From: Leucoraja erinacea | Lineage: Eukaryota | Length of the DNA stretch: 64,000 nt | NCBI RefSeq assembly: GCF_028641065.1 | Contig: NC_073383.1 | Span: 20,088,001-20,152,000 of the forward strand | Direction: 5' to 3' | Shown: positions 28,301 to 40,300 of the stretch, piece by piece | Numbering within the stretch: the first letter of the stretch is position 1 | How the letters are laid out: every line of letters starts with the position of its first letter | Notes under the pieces: generated by a model | The model's input: the letters and a program-made list of their open reading frames with translations, nothing else | The model's database searches: none | Told to the model about the DNA's origin: nothing | Made by a program: the position numbers and the translations under genes

Positions 28301-31300
28301 AATCAAACATTTTCTATTGATTTTTTTAGAGCCCCCAAGCTTTACAGATAAAATAATGTCCCAGGATGTTGTACTTGGTTCTTCAGTACAATTTAGAGGT
28401 GTTGTAAAAGGAAGCACACCGCTATCTACAAAATGGTTCAAAGGGGACAGAGAATTGATGCATAGTATGGCATATTCTATTTGGAATGAAGGCTCGTTAT
28501 ATTTCCTAGAATTGCCTTCATCTAAAATATCGGATGCGGGTAATTATACCTGCCAAGTTAGCAACGATATTGGTACAGATGCCTGTTCTGCAAACCTGCT
28601 TGTTAAAGGTGCGCAATTATGGCTTTGTTCTCCTGTTTTGATATATGCAAAACAGTTTTCTTGCTTTACCATCTTGAATGTTTAAATTTCTTTTTCTTGA
28701 CGGTTACTGTACTTAAGTGGCAGTATATTGCACTGCTGTCCATTGTGAGAATGAGGTATGGTAGTCTTAAAGCATTGAAATTTTTAGGCTTGTTATTCTA
28801 TATCATGCCATACTACAATTTTGTTCTGTTAACTAAGGCAAAGCACCATACCAATGTTGGGGAATACTATATAACCATATAACCATATAACAATTACAGC
28901 ACGGAAACAGGCCATCTCGGCCCTACAAGTCCATGCCAAACAAATTTTTTTTCCCCTTAGTCCCACCTGCCTGCACTCGTACCATAACCCTTCATTCCCT
29001 TCTCATCCATATGCCTATCCAATTTATTTTTAAATGATACTAATGAACCTGCCTCCACCACTTCCACTGGGAGCTCATTCCACACCGCCACCTCTCTCTG
29101 CGTAAAGAAGTTCCCCCTCATATTACCCCTAAACTTCTGTCCCTTAATTCTGAAGTCATGTCCTCTTGTTTGAATCTTCCCTATTCTCAAAGGGAAAAGC
29201 TTGTCCACATCAACTCTGTCTATCCCTCTCATCATTTTAAAGACCTCTATCAGGTCCCCCCCTTAACCTTCTGTGCTCCAGAGAATAAAGACCTAACTTA
29301 TTCAACCTATCTCTGTAACTTAGTTGTTGAAACCCAGGCAACATTCTAGTAAATCTAATATATAATGTTTAATTTTTGAAAAACTGGCAAATTAGACAGT
29401 GTCCAACATAGAACATAGAAAATAGGCACAGGAGGAGGCCACTTGGCCCTTCGAGCCAGCACCGCCATTCATTGTGATCATGGCTGATCGTCCTCAATAA
29501 CCCGTGCCTGCCTTCTCCCCATATCCCTTGACTCCACTAGCCCCTAAAGCTCTATCTAACTCTCTCTTAAATTGATCTCTTAAATCCATCCAGTGATTTG
29601 GCCTCCACTGCCCGCTGTGGCAAGGAATTCCATAAATTCACAACTCTCTGGGTGAAAAAGTTTTTTCTCATCTCAGTCTTAAATGACCTCCCCTTTATTC
29701 GAAGACTGTGGCCCCTGGATCTGTCCACTGTAATTTAATTGTACCATCCAATCCTAAAGTGACAATGATGACAATTTTGAAGAAATTTTACTAGACTGCC
29801 CCACTCCAACTGTTGAACCATAGGAAGCATTTTATCGGGATGCATCACAGCATGGTTTGGGAACAGCTCCATCTAAGACCCCATAAAATTGCAGCGAATT
29901 ATGGACGCAGCCTAGACCATCACATAAACCAACCTCCCTTCTATTAACTCCATTTATACCCCACTCTGCCTCAGCAAAGCCAGCAGCATAATCAGTTGCA
30001 CACCCTGGCCACTCTTTCTTCTCCCCACTCACATCAGGCAAAAGGTATAGAAGTGTGAAAACACACAGCTCCAGATTCAGGGACAGTTTCTACCCAGCAG
30101 TTATCAGGCAACTGAATTATCCTGCCACAACCAGAGAGCAGTGCTGAACTACTATCTACCTCTTTGATGACCCTCGGACTATCCTTAATCAGACTTTGCT
30201 AGCCTTACCTTGCACTGAACGTTATTCCGTTATGTATCTATACACTGTAAATGGATCGATTGTATCACGTATTGTCTTTCTGCTGACTGGTTAGCACACA
30301 ACAAAAGCTTTTCACCTCGGTATACCTGACCATAAACTAAACATTGAAGGAATCTTAATAGCATTTAAAAACAAAATACTGTTTGCTCTAGTTATGATAT
30401 TAAAACATGATTTTTATTAAATTAGTAACTTGAGCAGTCAATCTTGTTTAAACAGTTATTTATAATTGTTTCATTGGTTTCAAGTACTATTGAATATCCT
30501 TAATATGTTTTTTTTAATTTATAATATTTTGATTTCTAGAACCCCCTAGTTTCATTAAAAAACTGAATTCTTCAACAATAATGAAGGAAGGTGCCTCAGC
30601 ACGTTTTGAGTGTATTGTAACTGGAACACCTGATATCAAAGTTTCCTGGTATAAAAATGGTTCTGAAATTATTGCCAGTGCCAAATATACAACATCATTT
30701 GATGGTTCTGTGGCAATTCTTGAGATTATTGACATGATTCTAGAGGACAGTGCCCATTACGTGTGTGAAATACGAAATGAAGCCGGCAGTGACAACTGCA
30801 GCACCGAAGTTGAAATTAAAGGTCTGTAATAATGTCCAAATTCCTAACAAATGACATCAGCTACTTTTTTGAGCAAGGATAATGTTAGTTTCTGTGTTTT
30901 TTTAATTTTGATTTCTTTATCATGATTTTAGAACCTCCCAGTTTTAGAAGGAAACTTCAGTCTGCTGAGGTTATAAGAAACAATGGTGTTATTCTTGAAT
31001 GTGAATTGGCTGGTACAGGTCCCTTTGACGTAATGTGGTACAAGGACAATAAAAGAATTCCACCAAGTGAAAAATACAAGATGATCACAAAGAATGTTTT
31101 AAGTAGCCTTCATATTTTGAAGGTGGATGTCTCACTTGTTGGCGAATATAAATGCACAGCAAGCAATGATGTGGGAAGCTGTTCCTGCAGTTGTATTGTC
31201 AGTTTAAAAGGTTAGTTACATGGTGGTAGTGGTGTACCTTTTGTCATTTTTAATGAATGTATTTCAAGTAAAAAGGAATACACCAGTTTTAAGTAAAATG

Positions 31301-34300
31301 GAATACTGGAGGCATATTGCGATTTTTGCAGCTAACTTGTACATTTAATTTAAACTTTTTTAATGATCAGTTCCATAATGCAGCATATTTTGCCATTATA
31401 CTATAATTTGGAAAGAGGGTAGAGCATTTCATTCATATTTATATGTATACCTCTTTATCTTCAACTAGAACCCCCATCATTTGTGAAGAAGATTGAAAAT
31501 GTTACAACGTTTGTTGGAAATTCTACTGGCTTTCAGTGTCTTGTAAAAGGCTCAGAGCCTTTATCAATTAATTGGATGAAAAATAATGTAGATATCAAAG
31601 AAGATGAAAATATATCTATTTCCTTTGAAAACAATCATGCAATGCTGAAAATTGCAGCAGTTGAAGCAAAAGATGGTGGGAAATACATCTGCCAGGCCAA
31701 AAATGATGCAGGGATTGAGAAATCCTATGCCACATTGATAGTAACAGGTTGGTCAGGAATATTAACAAATATGATTGGCTGATGTGTAAATATTTTTTTT
31801 ATTTCTCTTCAAATTTATTTATCATACTAATGTTAAAAAGAAGACAGGATTAAAATATTAAATTACTCTAATCAATTAGCATAATATTTTCTCTTAACAG
31901 AACCTGCAAAAATTATTGAGAGAGCAAAATCATGCAACATAACTGTACAAAATCCAGCAGTTTTGGAGTGCACTGTGGCAGGCACACCAGATCTAAATGT
32001 TAAATGGTTTAAAGATGGAACGGAGCTCACATCCAGCAGAAAATGTAAATTGAGCTTTGAAAATAATGTGGCTAGTCTAAAGATTCAGTCAGTAGAGAAG
32101 TCGAATAGTGGTGAATATACTTTTGAGGTCCAGAATGAATTTGGAGTTGACAGCTGCAAAGCTTCCTTGGCTGTATTAGGTTAGTATTTTTATTTGTATG
32201 TGAAAAATAGAATACAGTAATCAAAGCAACTTTGCTCTTTTAGGTTGACTTTTGCATCTCAAGCTTACAAGTTGTGTTCTGTATTGTACAGATCAATTGA
32301 TTGCTCCAACATTTACAAAAAAATTGAAGGACTTGGGCATTGCACTAGGCTCTTCTGTGAGCATGGAGTGCAAAGTATCTGGCTCTGTTCCAATGACCAT
32401 TCTTTGGCGTAAAGATGGAAAGGAGATCATGGATAGTAATAAATATAAACTATCACAGCAAGATAACACCTTATCTTTGGAACTTAATCAACTAGAAATC
32501 GCTGATTGTGGAATTTATACCTGCAGAGTATCAAATATAGCAGGAACTGATGAATGCCGTAGCAAGCTGACTGTTAAAGGTGTGACTGCCTTTGCATTTT
32601 TACTCATACATTTGGCAAAATTTCGGATTTGTCATATTTTAACACTTAAATGTCTTATGATTGAAATAACTATTTTAAATTTATTAATGGTTCAAAATTC
32701 AAAATTTAGAAATTTATGCTCTTTCTTGCAACAAATATGTTTTTCTTCAATGAATTTTAGAGCCACCAAGATTTATTACAAAACCAATGTCACAGGAGGT
32801 TCCCCCACGCTCTACAGTGCTGTTCAAGAGTGATGCAAAAGGAACACCTCCTCTGTCTTTCAAATGGTTTAAGGATGACAAAGAGTTAAATCCTGATGGA
32901 ACATGTTGCATTGTGACAGAAGTTTCATCCAGTTTTGTGCAACTTTATTCAGTAAAACATTCTAATACGGGATATTACACTTGCCACGTCACCAATGATG
33001 TTGGCACAGATTCTTGTACAGCAAAATTGTTTGTAACAGGTGTGGAATTCTTTGTTGTGTGGGTGTATATTATCAGTGTCTTGTTTGTTATTTGCTGTTA
33101 ATGTCTTTTCAGATTCCAAGTCTTCCAATTTGTACAAATCTCGTTTTATGTGTATTCTTTGTTAGTGTCTTTTGTTCTTTGAGTTTAATTGTGTAATCAT
33201 CTTATTCTCTTTATCACATCAATTCTACATTATCTTTTTGTGCTCTTCGTGATCTCAATAATATAATGTACACTCTTCTTTAAATTTTCTTTATATGAAA
33301 TACAGTAAAATTCTAGTTAATATACATGGGCCTTTTCAAAACTTTTGGAGCATTCTCATATGATTTGTGTTAATGATTCAAATTCCTTCCAAATTTCACA
33401 ATTCTACTTTCCAAAACATAATCTTCTTGTAACTCAAGCACTAAATGTGTTGTATTTTGGTTTCCTAGAACCTCCGTCTTTCATCCAGAAACTGGAACCA
33501 TCCAAAGTCCTGAAGAAGGGAGAATCAGTGCATTTTGAGTGCAAAGTGACTGGCACACCTGAAATCAAAATTTCGTGGTTCAAGAATGATACTGAAATCA
33601 GAGATGGTGACAAATACAAAATACATTTTGATAATTCTATAGCAGTTCTTGAAATTAATGATACTGGTGTAGAAGACAGTGGTGATTACATTTGTGATGC
33701 TCAAAATGACGCTGGAAGTGTCAGCTGCAGTGTAGCACTAAATGTCAAAGGTAGGTAGTTATTTTCTGTTACAAATGATAAAGGCTTTCTTGGTTATAAA
33801 TAACTATGTCATCATAAATACAAAAATGATACAACTTATGCTCTTCTTCCAGAACAACCTGTTTTCAATAAAATGCTTGAGACAATGGATGTAATAAAAA
33901 GCTCTGATGTCATTCTGCAATGCGAATTCAGTGGTACATCTCCTTTTGAAGTTACTTGGTACAAAGATAAAAGGCAAATCCGAGGAAGTAAAAAGTACAA
34001 AATTACTTATGAAAATCATGTAGCAAGTCTTTATATTCTTAAAGTGGAGTCACCTGACATAGGGGAATACATGTGCATGGTCAAGAATGATGTGGGGAGT
34101 ATTAATTGCACTGGCACATTAAATCTAAAAGGTCAGTATATTTTCCATGTTTTATATTTAAATTTTGCTATACCAGTTTTGGGAAATAATTTCTGGAAGT
34201 TTATGTTGCACACTTAACATATACTTATTTAATTCTTCAGAACCACCCCTATTTGTGAAGAGACTTTCAAACATTTCTTCTGTGTTTGGAGAGTCTGCGA

Positions 34301-37300
34301 CATTACAAGCTACTATTAAAGGTTCAGAACCAATTGAAGTAACATGGTTCAAAGAAAAGAAAGAAGTTAAAAATGATGAGGACATAACTATCAGCCATGA
34401 ACAAAACATTGTGGCTTTGCATATTTCAAAAATGGAGCCAGCACATGCAGGAATGTATGTTTGCCAAATCAAAAATGATGCTGGAATGCAAGAGTGCTCT
34501 GCTGCATTATCATTCTTGGGTCAGTAGTTTACTGTCAATATATTTGATGTTCTTAGAATTTAGCTAATTCCTGAGAGCATTATCCTATATGCCAAAATAT
34601 AAGAATACTTTGTAAAAATTAATTTACTTCTTTCAGAACCTGCCATAATAGTGGAAAAAACAGAATCTGTCAGTGTAACTTCAGGAGATCCAGTGACTTT
34701 GGAATGCATTGTTAAAGGCACACCTGAGCTCAAAGTGAAATGGTTGAAAGAAGGACAAGAATTGGTATCTGGCAGAAAATACAAGATTAGTTTTCTTAAT
34801 GGAATTGCCATCCTAAAACTTATGTCCACAGAGAAGTTAGATGGTGGTGAATATACTTTTGAAGTCCAGAATAATGTTGGTAGCAGCAGCTGCAAATTAT
34901 CAATCAGCGTTCTAGGTTTGGCCTCCATTTTTTCTCTTTGTACACTTTCCTTAATTGCTTATTAAATCATTTTTTAAAATTGTGATCTAATCATGCTTAA
35001 TTGTTGTGATTTAAACAGACCGTATAATTCCACCAACATTTATTAGAAAATTAAAGAAAGTGGATGGTATCTTGGCTTCTCCCCTCCAAATGGAATGCAA
35101 AGTGTCTGGATCACCACCAATTGCAATGTCTTGGTTCAAAGATGGACATGAGATTGTCCATGGAGAAAAATATAATCTGATATTCGGTGAAAATAAGTGT
35201 GATTTGAAAATAAATACTTTGGAATTATCAGATGCTGGCAATTATGTATGTAAAGCAACCAATGCTGCAGGCAGCGATGAATGCAGTGGTACTTTAACTG
35301 TAAAAGGTTAGTTTAATTCTTAATGCAATTCAAATTGTTCATATTCTTTGTGTATGAGTCATGCTTTATAATTTCTAGCGTTCAGAATAATTTTTGTTTG
35401 ATATGCATACACATTGGAGTATACTTATTATAAATGCTGCATGGTGCTGAACCTAAACAGAGTAAAAAGGTCTCGGAGACATTCTAATTGATGAAAAGCT
35501 ATCAACTGCAAATGATGGAAATCTGAAATAAACAGAAACTGATTGAAATACATGTATCTTTGGAGAGAGAAATTATGTTTATGTTTCGGATTGACGATTT
35601 TTCATTAAATTCAGGCAGGTCAGAAATCAAAGATGTTTTAAGTTGTAGAAAAGAGAGGTGAATGGAGAGAAGTGAATTCTGTCACGGAGACCAAAAGATT
35701 CCAAAATGCACAGGTCAAGAGTGTTTTATTGTCATATGTCCCAACAGACCAATGACATTCTTACTTTCAGCTTTCAGCAGCACAGCAGAATATGTAAACA
35801 TAGTACTTTGTAAACATAATAATAGTGCAATTATAGTGCAACAAGACAAAACCAATGCCCCCAAGTCTATGTAGTTCAGAGTTTATTTGGAGGTTGTAGT
35901 GTTTAATAGCCTGCTGTTCCTGAACCTGGATGTTAAAGTTTTCAAGGTGCTATATCTTCTTTCCGATGGTAGGAGTGAAATAAGTGTGTGGCCAGGGTGA
36001 TGTGGGTTTCTGATGATGCTGGATGCTTTTTTAAGGCAACAACTCCTGTATACCCTTTGAAGTTATTTAACTAATTACGGTTAATTTGTCTGGAGGGGCT
36101 GTATTGGTATTGGTATTATTAGTTTATTATTGTCATGTGTACCAATGTATAGTGAAAAGCTTTGCTTGAATTCTGTCCAGTCAAATCATATTATACACGA
36201 GTACTATCTATGATACATGAAAGCAATGTAGCACAAAGAGAAAAATACTAAGATGCAGAATATAGTGTTAAAGCATTTTAGCCTTACAGTTACTGAGAAA
36301 ATGCAGATTAAAAAAATGCAAGGTCCGTAATGAAGATCAGCCTAACACCCAAGCTCATTAGAGGACAATTCAGTAATCTGATAACACTGAGGATGAAGCT
36401 GTACCAGAATCTTGTGGTACATGCTTTCAAGCGTTTGTATCTTCTGCCCACTGGGAGGGACTGACTCCGGTGAAAATGGTCCTTGATTATGTTAACTGCT
36501 TTCAGAAAGCAGCGTAAAGGAATCGAGGAGGGAGAGGCAAGTTTGTATGATGGGTTGGGCTATATCCACACCTCTCTGCAATTTCTAGCTCTCTCAGAGT
36601 TGTTTCCAAACCAAACTCTGATGGCTCCCAAAAGGATGATTTCACCTGTACATCTGTAGGTTGTTAAGAGTCATTGGGGATATGCCAAATTTTCTTCTTC
36701 TTCTATGGAATTAGAGGCGTTAGTGTGCTTCCTTTGCCGCAACATCATGGTAAATTGTTGGTGATAATAATAGCAAGGAACTTGATGCTCTTTGCTATCT
36801 CACTTTAGCACCATTGATACTGATAGTCAAATGGCCTGATTATGCTAATCTTCTAGGCTTAGACCTAAAGAAAAAATTAATGTAATTTTGTTTATAGCAA
36901 AATGCTTGGATTTTAAATTCCCCGTTCATTTTAAACATCTTATATCTTATTTTGTTTCCACCTCTTTAGAACCAGCCTCATTTGTGAGCAAACCTGATCC
37001 TCAGGAAGTGTTACCTGGGTCAACAGTGAAATTTACATGTGTTGTTACTGGGACAGCACCATTGAAAGTAAAATGGTTTAGAGGGAACACTGAACTAGTA
37101 ACAGGAAGAAAATGTCGAATTTCTTTCAGTGACTCAATATCAATACTTGAGCTACTAAATGTAGAACCTTCCCAAAGCGAAGATTACATTTGCCGAGTCA
37201 GGAACGAAGCTGGTGAAGATTCTTGTACAACAAAATTGTTTGTGAAAGGTTTGTGAATAGAGTTTTAAAGAAGAACGAGACCAAGTGGGACCTGTTGGGT

Positions 37301-40300
37301 CCCGTTCCCCCAACACAATATTCCACCACTCACCTGTTCCCCCAACGCAACCCGTTCCACCAACGCAATATCCTACCGCTCACCCGCCCCCAACTGCACA
37401 GGTGCGACAGATTCCCACTCATTCCCCAGCACTCCCTCCCCCGGGTCCTGTTCCCCAATGCAATATTCCACCACTCACCCGTTCCCCCAATGCATTTGCT
37501 CCACCAACGCAATATTCCACCACTCACCAATACCCCCCCCCATCTGCGCAGGTGCGGCTCATTTCACCTCATCCCCAGCACTCCCCTTCCTCTTCTTCAC
37601 CCTCCCTCTTTTTAAATTTTAAAACATTTACTTTTTACTTTTAAAAATACAATTCTCCTTCCCCTGCCCCTGCCCATTACAAAGTTACAAATGACAGGAC
37701 TCAGTGTCCTGTCAATTGTACCATTTTAACGGGATAAAATGTGAATAACTTGTAAAGTAAAACATGAATCTGAACAAATCTTTGGTACACAACACCACAG
37801 GGCAATGGTGAGTATGGTGGTCCAAAATTTGTAGTGCTATCGTGTACTGTTTTGCCATAATTTCAGGATCACACACACATACACACACACACACACACAC
37901 ACTCACAGACATAATAACAAACAAGATGAGAGTTTTAGTAATATATATTACTAGACCAAGTGGTACCAGTTGCGTCCCGTTCCCCCAACACAATATTCCA
38001 CCACTCATCCGTTCCCCCAACACAACCCATTCCACCAACACAATATTCCATCACTCACCCATAGCCCCCAACTGTGCAGGTGCGGCTCATTTCCCCTCAT
38101 CCCCAGCACTTCCTCCCCCTCCTCTTCACCCTCCCTCTTTTTAAGTTTTAAAAGATTGACTAAAATCCAATTCAACTACCCCTGCCCCTGCCCCTGCCCG
38201 TTACAATGTTACAAATGACAGGACTCAGTGTCCTGTCATTTGTAACATTGCAAAGGCAGGGGCAGATAAAGTGCAATTGAATTTTTTTGTGAAAAGTTAA
38301 ATTTTTAAAGTTTAAAATGTGAATAACTTGTAAAATATATCTGAACAAAACTTTGATATACCATACCACAGGACGCTGGTGAATAAGGTCATCCAAATAT
38401 TGTAGCGCTATCATGTACAGTTTTGGCGTAATTTCAGGATCACACTCATCACAGCCAAACAGACAGACAAACAGACAAAATCACAGACATAATAACAAAC
38501 AAGAGGAGAGTTTTAATAATGTATAGATGTGGGTAACATCATTTTGCTGGAGTTACAAGTATATATTTTTGCAACTGTTTTCCTCTCTATCTTCACCAGA
38601 ACCAGCAGTATTCCAGAAAAAATTGAAAGATTCTATTGTGATACTGGGAAAATCAGTTTGTCTTGACTGCATATACTCTGGTACCCCAGAAATCAAAGTA
38701 CATTGGAAGAAGAATGGGTTAGATATAGTCCAGTCTGAAAAGCATATTATAACTACCACTGAAACCTCTTGTATTTTGGAGATTCTCAACACCATCAGAG
38801 ACGATGGTGCAACATATATGTGTGAAGTAGAAAATGATGCTGGAACTGACACTTGTCATGCTGAAGTGAACATATTGGGTTTGTTTCCTTTCAATTTCTT
38901 TTAGCTGCAGATTAAAAATCAAAGCTTTTCTCGTTTCTTTAAAAAAATATTTGATGTACATTTTCTTCAATCACTGATACGTTTTTTTTCTTCTTAGAAC
39001 CACCAACATTTGTCCAAAATTTAGAGCCTCTGGAAATAACAGTTGGTGATTCAGGATCTTTTCAATGCACACTTAGTGGAACACCTGAAATTAAAGTAGC
39101 TTGGTACAAAGGAGACACAAAACTGAGAGCCACCCCAAATTGCAAAATGGAATTTGTAAACAATATTGCAAAATTGGAATTGAAGAAAGTAACAATGAAT
39201 GACTGTGGAGAATTTATGTGCAAAGCTGAAAACAAAATAGGTGTATGTTCATCAAAGGCGGTGTTCACTGTACAAGGTGATGTTCTTTGGTAGATTAATT
39301 GGTATTTGTGGAGAATGTATATATTTATGCTGGAGCTCTTTGAACTTTTAAAGCTTTATAATCTCATTATATTAATTCATTCCATTCCGGTTTATTTTAC
39401 AGAACGCAAAACGGCACCTTCTTTTGTAAGAAAACTTAAGAATATGGAAGTAACTCTTGGTCTTCCAATAACATTCGAGTGTTGCACGACTGGTTCAGCT
39501 CCTATTGAAACTTCTTGGTTTAAGGATGGTATAAAACTGCTCCCTGGAGAAAACTTAAATATATCTTTCATGGAGAATGTAGCATCTCTTCAAATTCTTA
39601 AAACCGAGTTGGATCATGCTGGTGAATACAGTTGCAAAGCATCTAACATAATAGGAGATGCTTCATGCAGTTCCAGATTAATTCTTAAAGGTAAAATGGG
39701 TTAAATAATTACTAATTTGACTTCTTCAATGTTATAATATTGACATTTTAGTATCTGCTTTCATCTAACATTGCTAGATGTTAGTACAGTGTACCTTGCT
39801 GTTTATACTTTTACAATCAAATATAATTATATTTTTGTTATGTCTTTAGAGCCTAGAGTTGCCCCTGTATTTGACAAAAGATTACAACCAGTGGAAGTTA
39901 CAGCTGGGCAAAGTGTGGATCTTGAATGCCACTTAACTGGCTCTCCACCAGTTAAAGTTACTTGGTTGAAGGATGGCAAAGAGATGCGATCAGGTGGCAA
40001 TTACAAGATATCTTATGTTGAAAATACACCTCACCTAATTATTCTGAAAGCAGACAAGGGAGATGCTTGTCAATACATTTGTGAGGCCAGCAATGATATT
40101 GGAAAGGATTCATGCGAAACTGACGTGACTGTGAAAGGTATCAATCAATAACAAATACAACTCTTTATATATACTCTGAGAGCCCAGACTTAACTAATTT
40201 CAAAGGGTAATGTTTTTTTCACATCTTCAATATGATTCGCACTGGTTACTTGTTCAAGAAAGATTGCAGATGCTGGAAAAATCGAAGGTAGACAAAAATG

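Noticed and set aside
37223-38218. Pro-rich ORFs or CRISPR-like repeats
   Set aside because: Internal subrepeats of the Helitron; no unique spacers; eukaryotic context
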